A program made the translations under genes and the position numbers. This document shows, in pieces, positions 12,230 through 25,587 of a stretch of DNA of 64,000 nt. Location of the stretch: NCBI RefSeq assembly GCF_026210795.1, contig NC_089435.1, positions 5,270,001 to 5,334,000 on the forward strand, given 5' to 3'. The DNA is from Rhizophagus irregularis (Eukaryota). The stretch's first letter is position 1. Each line of letters begins with the position of its first letter. Below the pieces are notes generated by a model that made no database searches, was not told the DNA's origin, and was given only the letters and a program-made list of their open reading frames with translations.

Positions 12230-15200
12230 TAATAAAAGTGTTAATGAAAACCTTTTTAATATCAACAAATTTCTTTCCGTAAACCTTCCTCCCAATATTT
12301 ATACTGTTCAAAATTATGCTTCAGCTATTGATGTATCTAATATTTTTTCCATTACTTTTAATGCTCCTTTTGAAACTCTTCTTCCGTTAGCTAGAATTGA
12401 TACTGCTGCTGAAAAGATTCTTCATCTTCAATATCCATACTTAACTCCTGCAATAGTTTTTTCTGATGGAAATTGCTTATTAAATTCTCTCTCTTTAATT
12501 TTTACTGGAAACCAAACATCTGCATTACAATTTAGATTGGCCATGGTTATAGAATTAATGAAACATGCAGATTTCTATCTTAGTCAAAATTTTTTTGAAG
12601 AAGATTATTATTTTTCTGATGCAGCTTTAAATTCAGCTAAAAGTAATTCAAATACACAAGTTACATATAATAAAGAAAAAGAGTATATAAGTGAAATTCT
12701 CTATATGTCTAAATCACATCAGTTTTGTTCAATTATTGGAATTTATGGATTAGCATCAGTAATTCAAAGACCAATAATGTCAATATATCCACCAACCATT
12801 TTCCAATTGATTAGTACTTTATATCATAAATTAATCGAGCCACGAATTAAAGCTTATGACGAATATATTACAATAATGTGGACATCTTCAAATGGAAAAT
12901 AGAATATTAATAATCCTTTGCCATAAATGAATCATTTTGTTCTAATTTTTAAATTGAATTCATCATTTCCTTTTGTAAAATCTAAAAAAAAATGAGTGTG
13001 AACGCAAATTGGATGTTAAAATGCAAGATTCGCAACTTAACAATGAAGATAGTACAGAAAAGTGTGATGAAAAATATAAAAGTAACAATTTATTGGATGA
13101 TGATGGTAATGTATTATCAGATGATGGTGATAATGTATCATCAGATGATAATGGTAATATATTATCAGATGATGGTGATAATGTATTATCAGATAATGAT
13201 AACGATATATTACCATCAATATCATCTGATACATCAGATAACAAAAAAAAACCAAAAAATCAAGTTCATGCTAAGCAAAAACGAATAACCAAATTGGACC
13301 AAATTAAGGTAGTTCTATTTATTTTATTTAAATTAAATTTTATTTATTAATTAATTAATTAAAATTTAATTCTACTTAGAATAAAAATTTACAAAGACAT
13401 CCAATAGTTAATAAAATTATCACTCGTAATAAAGTTCAGCGTAAATGTGGAAAGATTATCAAGTTACACCAAGCTTATAACTCCCAAAATTTGGAAATAT
13501 ATAGTAAAACTGGTAGCTGTTTATTGATAAAAGGAACACATCCACTTACAGATTACTTTACTACGATTACTACAAAATCAGGAAATTCATATGTTAGATT
13601 AAGAGAAAAGAAACATGTAAAGTATTTGCAAAGAATTGGTGGAGTTATTCATTATGGTGGTGCACCACGTATTAAAATATTGGGAAAGGAGTTATTTCCA
13701 AAAAAATTTAAAAAAAACTTTAGTTGAAAAAGACTAACAAGTAAAGAAACAGCACAATTAGAAAATGAGTTAGCTGCAAGAGCAAAGTGGTATAATGACT
13801 TTAGTGCTGGTTGTATTCGAAGTATGGAATGTGAAATTCTAACAGTAAATAAAGAAAATATTTGTAATAAATGTATGGAATTAAATAGTGATAAAAATTT
13901 AAAGGTAATTACAAACTTACAATTTTAAAATTTATTAAAAAATTTTACATATTAATTTGTATATTTTATTTAAATTAGAATGTTATTATACGACCAATTC
14001 CACAAATAGAGAATCGGAAATTTATACCAAAATATTTGGTTAAAAAGAATCCTATCGTTAAATATTTAAAGGATTCTAGTCTCAATTAGAGATGCGATCC
14101 GAAATCCGAAAATTCGGATCATCCGCCAATCCATCCGATCCGAACGGATAATGGATGCATCCGGATGGATTAAGGATATCCGTTTTAATCCGAAACAGCA
14201 TCCAATGATCGTAGAGAGATGCACAATAGCTCATTCGAATCGTCGTAATGAGACGATTTGAATGAGCTATTGTGCATCTCTGTACGATCACTGGATGCCG
14301 AGATATTCGGCAAAACGTCAAACATCGGCATTTTCATTTTACGATTATGCAAAATTTTACGTTGCCGAATATCTCGGCATCCAGTGATCGTACAGAGATG
14401 CACAATAGCTCATTCGAATCGTCTCAATGCAACGAATCGAATGAGCTATAGTGCATCCCTGTACGATCGTTGGATGCCGAGATATTCGGCAAAATGTCAA
14501 AAATCGGCATTTTTTATTTATGATACTACCGATTTTTGACGGTTTGCCGAATATCTCGGCATCCAACGATCGTACAGGGATGTACAATAGCTCATTCGAT
14601 TCGTTGCATTGAGACGATTCGAATGAGCTATTGTGCATCTCTGTACGATCACTGGATGCCGAGATATTCGGCAAAACGTAAAATTTTGCATGATCGTAAA
14701 ATAAAAATGCCGATGTTTCACGTTTTGCCAATTATCTCGGCATCCAGTGATCGTACAGAGATGTATTATAGCTCATTCGATTCGTCTAAATGCAACGATT
14801 CGAATGAGCTATAGTGCATCTCTATACGATCGTTGGATGCAAAGATACCCAAAAATTTGAAGTTAATCCGGATTATCCGGATTTAATCCTATGATAATCC
14901 GGATTGATCCGTGCGGATCACGGATTGTAAAATTTCATCCGGATCGCATCTCTAGTCTCAATGAACTCTATTATTCAATAGATTTAGCACAAGATTCTGA
15001 CTCATCATTTTGGGTAATATTAGCAGAAAAAAGACGCCAAGGAGTATTTAAAAATAAAAAAATTTTTGAAGGGTTATGTAAAATAATGGTAGAAATAGCA
15101 GATCGTGAATAGAGAAATAAAGGAAATCAAAATTTAAAATATCCAGAAAATTTTGCAAATTTTACAACTATTTTAGCATCATTTGGAATAAGAGAATATG

Positions 15201-18111
15201 AAATGTTTAAACAAAATTTAGCTAAACAAACACTTCGTAATATTAGGTAAATATTTTATTATATATTAATATTGATTATTAATCTAACCAAATTAAATTT
15301 ACATTACGCCTTTTTAGATTACATCATGCACAATCAGATGAATCAATTAGTAATACAGATATTTGTTATGAAAATATGATGCGATTTAAAAAATTTGCTG
15401 ATTCATTAAATTATAACGGACCTGTTGCCACCATGACGGATAATACGAAATTAAAAGAAAGTCTTAGTTATTCAGCAACTTTAGGTTGTGTTATTGGATC
15501 AACCTTATCAGTTTCTGAAACAAAAGTATCAAATTATGAAGAAGTTATTACAATCATTGATAAAATAAAGGTTGAAAATACTATAGCAAAACAAGTTCAA
15601 ATTTATTTACTTCAGGTATTTGTTTTTAATGGTGCAATTTATTTCAATTCTACATTTTTAAATTTTAAATATTACTAATATCTAAATTTTTTTTAGATTC
15701 CCTTACCCAAAATTCCACCGATAGTTATTGGTTTAATTCCAAATAATAATAAAGAAAAAGCTGCTGATATTTTTGCTTATCATCAAAAAGTTTTACAATA
15801 TGCAGCGCAATTGAAGATTAATATTGTATCATTTGGTTCAGATGGAGCAGCAAATGAATTCAATGCACAATTAATGTTAATGAGTACATCAACTACTGAA
15901 AATATTATTTTTGAAGATCAATTGTACAATATAAAGTTTAAATGTCCTGTTTTTCCTGGAATCGGCCCAGAAATTCGTATCTAAGATGCTAAACATGGAA
16001 AAAAGAGTGAGAGAAATGCATTATTTTCTGGTGCTAGATTGCTTACTTTAGGAACTGGAATAGCAAGATATGATCAAATACTTACACTTAGTAAAATGTC
16101 TGATAGTGTACTTTATATATGTGATGTTGAAAATACTGATCGGTAGGATGATGGTGTGGCCTATCAAATTTTTTGTTCAGCATTTTTAGAACAAGTATAT
16201 GATCAAAATGGTTCACAAGATCCTAATAAACATGGTTTATTTATTTATCTTTTTGTAATTGGTGAATAATTTTAATTAATTGATTGATTACTTATTTATT
16301 TATAATTATTAAACTAATATAAATATATAAATTTAATTTTTTAGGTGAGTTGATTGATGCATATCAAAATCATACTATTTCACATAAAGAAAAGTGCCGA
16401 ATGGTTATGTTAGCTTATTTTTTTCTTTATATGTGGAATAATCATATTGAGCAAATTCAAAAAGATCATCCAGATATTATTGATATAAGAAAAAACTTTC
16501 TTGCGCCTCAAACATTTAAAATACTTATCAGTTTAGCAGAATCGTTGGTGAATTTCTGTTAGTAAATTTATATTTATTAAATATATATTATAATGAAATT
16601 TATAATTTTTTAAAGATTTTACTAATATTGGCATATCGAGATTATTATCCAACTGTTCCGTTATGCACATGGATTCACAGTTCAGAACTATATGAACATT
16701 TTTTTGGATTAAGTTGACAACTACGTAATGATTTTACTTTTGGAAATCTGATAAAAATAATTCCAAAAATTAATCATATGTTTCATATTTATACTGATGT
16801 ATCTTTAGCAAAGATATACAGTGAAAAAACTTCAGCAGAAGGTAATTAGTTTAATTAACATATTTTTATTTATAATATATCTGATATACTTATTTATTGG
16901 TTTATTTAATATTAGGTTATATAGTGAATTATTATGAAGATACCATAGCTGATAATATTGGTAATTTATTAGCATATCCCACAAATGAAGAAATGCATTT
17001 AATTATTCATGAATCTCATGAACAGGCAATTGCATTTGCTCAAATTCTAGAATTTGTTGGGTACAATTGTACAAAAATCTTTTTTACGGTAGATCATTTA
17101 ATACATATATATTATTTTATGAAAACGATATACTAGATGAAAATTTAAATCAGGATGACGATAAAATGGAAAAAGCTGATAATTCTGAATCAGATGAAAT
17201 TAGCAAGGCTGCAGATTTGGTTAACATATGTAATATTAATATTTTTAATTCGGGAGATGATGATAATTTAATTATAAAACAAAGTCAGGCAGAAATAAAT
17301 TTAATGTATAATCAATCAGATAAAATAATTACTCAAGATGATGAAACAACATTTCAAACCGGAATTATATTATCATCAGGTAAATTAGATATTAAAATTT
17401 TAGTATTACAGCGCCGTAAACATGAATCTTATTCTAGTCAAAGAATGGAGAGAATTCAAGTGACACAAAGATTTCAAACGGAATTAAATTTTAATCCTAA
17501 TAAGGTTAATAATATTATAGCTTTGAATCAAAATAATGGTGCGAGATCTAGAATTTTAAGAGTAAAGAGATGGCAAAGTAGAAATCGTTTAGAAACATTA
17601 GAAAGAATACTTCATGCTCCAGGTAATAAATTTTTACAATTTATTAAATTTATTACTAAATATATATTTATTAAATTTAATTTATTTTTTAGCCTTGCCA
17701 AGAATTTGCGTTGCAAACATTACTCCAGAAGATCCTGCCAAAAGTGGTGGTTATGCATTTGCTCTTCTAGGGTCAAAAATTTATCTCGTCCGGTTCTTGG
17801 CAATATATCGTCAATCATCAAATTACTATTCTTATGTTGATGATAATGTTACTTGTATTGATTCACTTTCCTATATTTCTGTATGTGTTTATGAAGAAAG
17901 AGTACCAAATATTTTTGGATGTTTTTCAATAGCCAGTCCTAAATATATCTTATACTCGCACATTTCTAGCAATTCCATCATTTATTATCTAGGAAATTGC
18001 GAAACATGTAAAGAAAATATGGGATTTATTATAGTTGGAAAAAGAGAAATGGAAATTTATAATTTTTTTAATTCAGTAAAAGACAAATTACAATTAATAT
18101 TAAATAAATAA
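12230..18111 (+). pseudogene. Multi-exon OTU/vertnin-like domain plus P-like DDE transposase, with several stops
   Basis: OTU-like SDGNCLLNSLS...ASVIQRPIMSIYP...NHFV at 12460-12950. Transposase motifs TMTDNTKLK, SFGSDGA, DAKHGKK (DxxH) and SSELYEHFFG. Multiple GT-AG introns. Start position uncertain. Confidence 0.7.
14087..14954. mobile_element. hAT MITE with internal palindromic repeats, inserted in the P-like transposase
   Basis: TIR TAGAGATGCGATCCG with a perfect 8-bp TSD GTCTCAAT; about four palindromic units at ~180-bp period inside. Confidence 0.92.
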
Positions 18112-18565
18112 ATGACAAAATTTTAATGCAAATATATATTTAAGTCATATGACAAAAAAGTATATTTTAATGTTATATAAAGGTTATAGGATAAAAGCGT
18201 ATAATAAAATGGTTAAATTTATGTATATTTTTTTTGAATTTTTATTAGTATCATGGATATGACCTCTATTATAATTATCTGAGGTCCTACCGCAATTGTA
18301 CTGCAATTGAATTGCGGTACTTTAGATCATTTGCGGAATTGCGAAATATTTGCGGAATTGCAAATAATTGCGAATTGCAGATTTGCAGATATTTAGACTT
18401 CAAAATCCGCAATGTTCTGCAATACCGCAAATCGCAATTATTCTGCAATTGCCTATTTGCAGCGTCATCCTTATCTATGACATATAATGTATTATCTTTA
18501 TTTTTCAATTTACATTTAAAAGGCTTATTATAAACTGGTAATTCTGAAAGTCCTAATTCATTTAC

Positions 18566-19186
18566 TAGTGTTGTTATCAGCCCGGTTCGGTCCGACTTGA
18601 AGCTAAAGTCAAGTCGCGCTGATAAAAAGTTAAGCCGAACCAAGCCGAACTGAATCGACTTGAAAACTCAAGTCAAACCAAGCCGAACCGTGTTGTGGCG
18701 GGCCAATGGGGCCGATTGACACTGCAATATCACGTGACATTACACAAAATTCCAAAAAAGGAAATTTTATTATCCACGAAAATTGAAACTTTGAGTTACA
18801 CAAATTTCCAAAAAAGGAAATTTACATGCAGATCATTTAATTCCGGCTGGAATTAAAGGTCTATTAATTCGGCAGAAATATGTATGTTACACGAAATTCC
18901 AAAAAAAGGCAATTTTATTTTTTACGAAAATTAAAATTTTGGATTACATGATATTCCAAAATAGGAAATTTATGTGTAGATCATTTAATTCCGGCTGAAA
19001 TTAGGATTTATATCCCATCGGCTCCATCGGTCCCATCAGCCCGCTGCAACTCAAGTCGAACCAAGTCGCGACTTGAAATTATCAAGTCGAACCAAACCGA
19101 TTCGGCTTTAAGCTAGAAGTCAAGCCGAATTGATCCCATCAGCCCGGTTTGGCCCGGTTCAGCTTGACTTGGACTTAACAACACTA
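18566..19186. mobile_element. hAT MITE
   Basis: TAGTGTTGTTA...TAACAACACTA with a perfect 8-bp TSD TCATTTAC. Confidence 0.9.
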
Positions 19187-19894
19187 TCATTTACTCTTTT
19201 TTACTGAAATATTCAAATCTAAAATAATATCTTAACGATATCATTATGAGATCATAACAATTTTATGATGATTTTCTAAAATGATAACATATTGATATAG
19301 TTACGACTCTCTTAACAATAACGTAATAATTAAAGTTGCTTGCCAAAATTAAAGAGTTTCAACATGTCAAAATAGTCAAAACTATTTCGACATTTTGACA
19401 ATGGCCTTCTGATTTGTCGAAATGCCGTAATAATTTTAATATATCAAAATCGTTTTGGCATTTTGACATAGTATATCATATGATATACATATAGTTTCAG
19501 CATTACTCTATTCGGTTAGGATTGGTCAATTATACTGATCATCAATAATCAATATATAAAAAAAAATTTTTTTTTTTATTTTTGTTATTTTTGTATAGAC
19601 ACTGAACTGGATAAACTTGGACATGGATAAATTTGGACATGGATAACATGGACATTAAGATAAGTGGGTATTCTTTTTTAAATTTATTATAACTTAAGAA
19701 ACATTTTCTAACGAAAAATGAAATATTATAGGGATACCAGTTTTCTTGGAATTGATGAAACTGGAATTTACATACAGACGGATAGGTAAAAAGAAGGTTT
19801 TTTTAAAAAAATTTTAATGTTTTAAGAAACGTTTTTAACGTTTCTTTTTTTCTTTTTTTTTGTTTGTAGGGATACCAGCTTCTTGGTATTGGAC

Positions 19895-20120
19895 AGGACC
19901 CTGCTTACTTATAATAAAGGTCACCGTAGAAAATTAGCTCTTTACTAATAGTTTTTACCTTACTTTTTTCTTAAATTCTATTGGTTAATTAGCTAAAAAG
20001 GAAAAAAATCATAATAATGTAACATAAAATTTCCTTTTATAGTAGGATTTGCAAAGAATTTTATATATGATTTTTACCTTAAGCCTGAAGGTGACTTATC
20101 TTATAAGTAAGCAGTGTCCT
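19895..20120. mobile_element. ~230-bp MITE (AGGACCCTGCTTACTTATA family), inverted copy
   Basis: TIRs; TSD TATTGGAC/TATTAGAC. Confidence 0.85.
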
Positions 20121-20780
20121 TATTAGACTTAAAACGAAATGATACCTAAAAAAGAAAGGTTAAGTCTTTTTTTGTTGCTTCTTTCGTTTCTATACTAACT
20201 CGTTACTAATGTCTTTCTTTCTTTTTTAGATCTTTGTCTTTAGTATTTTAAGAACAAAGATTTGGTGAAAGGTGAGTGAAATGAAGGATTTTTTTAATTA
20301 TCTTTGGTTATAGAACGTTTACTAATGTTCTATATATTTTTTTGTAGTAATAACTTCTTAGAGACAAAATCAGTATTTGAACGTGAAATATAAATGTGGG
20401 TTTTACTTTTCTTTGGTTACAAAATGTTTGCTAACGTTTTTTCCTTATTTTTTTTGTAGTGACAACTTTTTGGAAATAAAATTGACATTTATGTCACAAT
20501 GTGTCCAAGGAGTTTTTATAAAAAAAATGTCATAATCTTATTTTATATATCACGAGAGTGATATTTTAATTTATAAGTATAAAGATAATGAGGGTTGCCT
20601 ATTATGAGATGTTTTATGTAATTTCAACGATAAATTTGTGTAATTTTAATTTATTTTAATCATTTCAGTTAGGAAAATTTTGCAATATTAATTAAATTAA
20701 AAATCGTCATCATTCCAAAAAATTTGTTTTTACAACATGTCATTTTTTGATAAAAAAAAATTTTTTTATTCTCTATAAAA

Positions 20781-22690
20781 ATGATTACTAATAAACGCAA
20801 AGAAGGTTGTTCGCAGAATGAAGTATAGGAGCATTATACGCAAGGTGAGCATGATTCAGAAGGGCATGCAAATGGAACTTGTAAATTTTGTAAAAAAATT
20901 TTTAGCAGAAATAATGTGTCTACATTATAGAGACATATTGCAAACCATTATTCAAATGCCCCACCTCACTTAATTCAAAATTATCAAAAAGTATTTGAAG
21001 AGAAAGCAAACAATAATAATAAAAAAAGAAAATTTTCTAATCAAACATTTTTATATGATTATCACGATGCTGATGAATTACTTCAAAGAAGAATTGATAG
21101 AATCAACAGAGCTTTGTTAAAGTTCTTTGTATGTTATAAAATATCTTTTGTATAGTAGAATCACCATTTTTTACAGATTTTATCAATAAATTTAACATTG
21201 CATATGACCCTCCATTTCGGGAACTATTGGCCAATCGCTTATTTGAAGATGAATTAGGGAATGTTAATTCTAAAATTCATAAAGAATTGCAAATGTCAGA
21301 CAATTTAACACTAAGTATGTTACTTAAAAAAAATTTTTAATGAAAATCTGTTGATAACTTGATATATTTAATTTATATTTAATTTTTAATATTAGCTTTA
21401 GACAGGTGGTCATCTTCTAACTATAGATCTATATGGAATTTTACTATACTAACTCCAAATAGAAAAGAATATATATTTCAATTTTCTGATCTATTTAGTG
21501 ATTCACATACTGGGGAATATATTGCGGAAAAGAAGATGTTATCAATCGAGTTGGAGTATCAAAATTTTCAGCTATTGTCAGTGATAATGGATCTAATGTT
21601 CAAAAAGCACGTGAATTAACTGAAAAAAAATTTCCAAACATAATAAATGTTCGATGCATTTCACACTATATAAACTTAATGTTATGTGACATAGTTCAAC
21701 ATCCATTCGCTAATAAACTCCTAAAAAAAGTGAATATTTTAGTAACATTCTTTAGAAATAATACTAAAGCAGGTAAAAATATTTTAAACTTAAATGTAAT
21801 AATTTATTTTATCACTTGGCTACTAATTGGTATTTAGGATTTTTTTTGCCAGTTATAAACTGGCAGACTAATTAGTATATCTAGGATGATAAAAAAGTTA
21901 TTTACTGATCTAGTTTAATATATAAATGGGTTTCGGATGATAACCCATTTATATACTACTAGATTAGTAAATAACTAATACTTAATAATTGCTAAATTGA
22001 ATTTTTTTTTTTTTACAAAAAAAAATTACTGTAGATGCTAAGTTCTAGGAACTTTTAAATACAATGAATATTAAAGGTGGCGTGATCGTGCTTTACTGCA
22101 AAATAAGGTAGACGACTGCTTATAAAAGCATTGATGATATTTTGAAAGTGAAAGCTGTTCTAGAAAATATAAGTAAAACTAATTTTATTATTTATACTAT
22201 TATTATATGAATAATAAATTTTTCTATAGATGGCAGCCAACCACTCAGATTTATTAACAAATGATAAAATTAAACCTATCATTTGTTCGTGAAATTTTTT
22301 TAATGAGTTGAAGGTTCTTGGATTTGTTCAAAATCCATTGTGTAAAGCTGTGTTAGCATTAGAAAGGAGAGAAGCTGATTTAAGCGATTGTTACTTAGAA
22401 TTAGCTTGAATTTCTCTTGCAATAAAAAAATTACCACGTCAAGTTTATTCAGAATTTCATAATTATTGTATTGAAAAAATTAATGCACGTTTCAATGAAT
22501 TTGATGATAATGATTACTTGCTGGCATTTTTTTTGAACCCTCTTTTCCAAGGTATTGATTTATTTATTTATTTTATTTATTATTATTTTGACTCACTATA
22601 ATAATTAAATAATACTAAAATTAAATATATTTAATTAGCCGAACCTCTAAAACATGGAATTTAGACACAAATAGTTAAATATGCTAACAT
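20781..22690 (+). pseudogene. hAT transposase pseudogene, paralogue of 569-2476
   Basis: MITNKRKEG..CKFCK BED finger, INRALLKFF, SDNGSNV, RCISHYINL, LTNDKIKPII and RFNEFDDNDY; many stops and frameshifts. Confidence 0.88.
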
Positions 22691-22782
22691 ATCAAATATA
22701 CCTAAAAATTGGATTCCTGATATTTAAACGATTAGTCACTAATATGTAACACTGAATCAATCTTACACATATCGGGTACCGA

Positions 22783-24016
22783 TGTAAACGGCCGAATATC
22801 AAGCACGAAAAGAAGATAAAATTCAACCGCCAAATGTAATTATTAAGTATTAAGAACGAACAAATTAATCGTGGATTGGCGTAGATGGATAAATAATTAG
22901 CCGAAAAGGATAAACATTTAAGAAGAGTAATGATCTGCATGACGTAATATTTATTGAATGATTGACAAAGAACCAATAGGATAAATAGAGTCGATCATTT
23001 GCGGCTTAGCGATCTTTACAAGAACGATAAGAAAGAATAATTATAAGCCACGAAAGATAGATTATAAGCAAAATATATAAAGTGGATTAAAAGAACATAT
23101 AAAATAATGTCGGAAAGATTAAAGAACACAAAATAATATAAAAGATAATATGAAAAGATGGCATAAAGATGGAATATAAAAGATAACATATTAAAAAGAA
23201 CATATATAAAAGATAACACAGCCACAAAAGATGAATTATATCTTTACGACATAATATTTGAAAGATTATTTTAAAGAGAAGATAGCACAGCCATAAAAGA
23301 TGGGTTATAAATTATTTCTTTACGATGTAATATTCAGATAATAGAAAAGATAATATATAAAATAATATATAAGATAGCATATTAAAAGATAGCGTATTTA
23401 AAATATAGATAGTATATTAGAAAGATAGTTCAAAGATAATATGTAAAGAACATGAAAGATAGTATATAGATAGAATAGAAAGTAGCATAAAAATTGTATA
23501 TATAGAGAACGGAATTCAAAGTAATTCCATAGTTCGCATCCACAGAACTCAATAAAATATAAGTTTCGTTTAATTATTTGTTAATGAAGTTTAATATTAA
23601 TTAAAGGTAATAGGTTCGCCCTAAACTTTAATTAATGTTTGATTAATTAATTTTAATTAATGAAAATTTAAGAAGAATTAAATATATGTTTTGAAAAGTG
23701 ATAATTCGTAGCGAGAGCTATCGAAGTTTGAAATTAAAGGTAAAAGTGGATATAATTTGAGGAAAGAGACGTATATTTTATTTTATATCGTTTAATGTTT
23801 TGTATTACTAACACTATTTATTTTATGAACCAAGAATGTTGTTGTACGTTGTTCGCTGATGTTGTTGTTTGTTAATTATGTTTTGATCACGTGCTTGTTC
23901 GTTTAATTGTTCGTTCGTTCGTTTGTTTGTTCGTTCATTCGTTCGTTCGACCATGAGAATGCCCGTTCGATGTGGCAACCTTGTAAATTGATGACAGGGG
24001 GAATTGGGGGATCTCA
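22783..24016 (+). repeat. 5' LTR (1234 bp)
   Basis: TGTAAACGGCC...GGGATCTCA; only two substitutions versus the 3' LTR noticed by eye. Confidence 0.97.
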
Positions 24017-24018
24017 TA

Positions 24019-24032
24019 TGGTGCATGCTCGC
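24019..24032 (+). promoter_or_regulatory. Putative primer-binding site
   Basis: TGGTGCATGCTCGC begins 2 nt after the LTR. TGG is complementary to tRNA CCA; the primer tRNA is not established (Gly-like acceptor possible). Confidence 0.6.
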
Positions 24033-25587
24033 AAGAAAGGAAATGATCATCATCACATGATTATTATTAATATGAAAATTTAATTTCGTTGGTAAGTCAC
24101 TGATAGGTATTATTAATCAATATTTTATTTTAGAATTTATTTTTAGATTTCAGGTTTTGACGAGTTCAAAAGGAACCAATAAATCAATAAGGATTTAACG
24201 AGTTAAAAACTTGAAAAGGTGAAAGATTGGAGTTTGAAGTTGTGCAAGTAATCACTTAATCGATAGAAAGCACAAGAATGTTTCTTTCGGGAATAAAGTA
24301 CCTGAGAAATTTCATAAGGAGATGTAGAAGTTAAAGATAAATTTTGGAATAAAGATTAATAATGGGAGAACACCAATGTATTATCCGGGGTTCATCTGTG
24401 TGGTATGGGTTACCTCTGAGTTTGGATTTTGGATAAATGCTCAAGATTGGAAAATTTTTATTCTTCGACATTAAAGATTATAACGTATGGGTTACGTCAA
24501 ATCTGGATACCCAGCTCAATAAATGCGCAAATTGCTTTGGGGACGGAAAATGAAGATTGTAAAGACACCTACTATCAAGAAACATTGAATGGATAAAATA
24601 GGACAAACCTGAAAACTGTCGTGCTTTTATTCCAATGTGGGGTATCTCCAGCGGGTAAAAGATAGAGATAAGCTCAGTATAGGTCAGGAAGATAAGTTGG
24701 TTAGACGAGTTTTGAGGATAGCAGATGACTTTTGAAACTGGATTTTGGAAGGTTAGATTCACCCGTTGAGAAACGAGTCGGCCAACGAAGAAGGAAAAAA
24801 CGGACACGTTGTATTGTTACAGGTCCTAGGCTACATTTCAGATGAGGGTTCCTGGTGTAGTGTCCTAGTTCACGCTCTCACTACAATGTTCCGTTAAAAG
24901 AAGAAAAAATAGAAGGATATTTACACATTAACGAGCCGTATAATGAACATTACGTGCAGTATTTAATAATAGAGTAAAATCCGAAAAGAAGGACATTTAT
25001 TTAAAAGAAGAACATTTATTTGAAAAGAAGGATATTTATTTGAAAAGAACGACATTTTGTGTGTTATAGATTAATTTATATAATATAGAATATATAGTAA
25101 GAAGGATTTATATGGACGATAAGAAAGATTGGAAATTCGCAAACCTTAAAAGTTACGAAAATTTTGAAGTTTGTGATATGTGAAATTATGGATCTTGGTG
25201 ACAAAAAGATGTGACAAAAAGAGGTGATAAGTGAAACTATGAATCACGGTGACGAAAAGATGTGACATGTGAAATTATGGAAATCGGTGATAAAAGATAA
25301 ATTTTAGGGCGCAGTAAAAACCTCCGCAGCCTGAGGAGATTGTGGACTTAGAAAAATTTTTGAAATTTTATGGCGCAGTAAAAATTAATAGTAAAATATA
25401 GCGTAGTAAATATATAGAACTGAAAGATGGAATTTAAAGATTGAGAGAAGTAATCTATTTGAAGATAAAAAGAATGTTTAGAAGATCAAAAATAGAAACG
25501 ATAAGAGTGAAATATATATATATATAGAGAGAGGAGTCCGATTGAAATTCTGGATGGATATTCATGGCAATTTAACTAAAGCATACA

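Larger units (their letters stand above)
11788..18270 (+). mobile_element. P-element-like DNA transposon
   Basis: Perfect 14-bp TIR AATAGAGGTCATAT with an 8-bp TSD ATAATTAT. The TSD is palindromic, so the exact boundary is slightly ambiguous. Confidence 0.8.
10497..18473. mobile_element. Non-autonomous hAT shell hosting a nested P-like element
   Basis: TAAGGATG...CATCCTTA termini with a perfect 8-bp TSD TCTATGAC; (T)TGCAG/CCGCAA subterminal repeats at both ends. Confidence 0.85.
19331..22690 (+). mobile_element. Decayed hAT element (5' end and body)
   Basis: Starts TAAAGTTGCTTGCC (same TIR family as 2990 and 52279) and contains a transposase pseudogene; 3' end not found. Confidence 0.65.

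Noticed and set aside
14082..14814. Several overlapping 67-124-aa ORFs with repeated peptides
   Set aside because: Artefacts of the palindromic repeats inside the MITE.
22692..24807. Short ORFs in the LTR and leader (duplicated in the 3' LTR)
   Set aside because: Low-complexity, with no integrase or env motifs; identity between copies only reflects LTR duplication.
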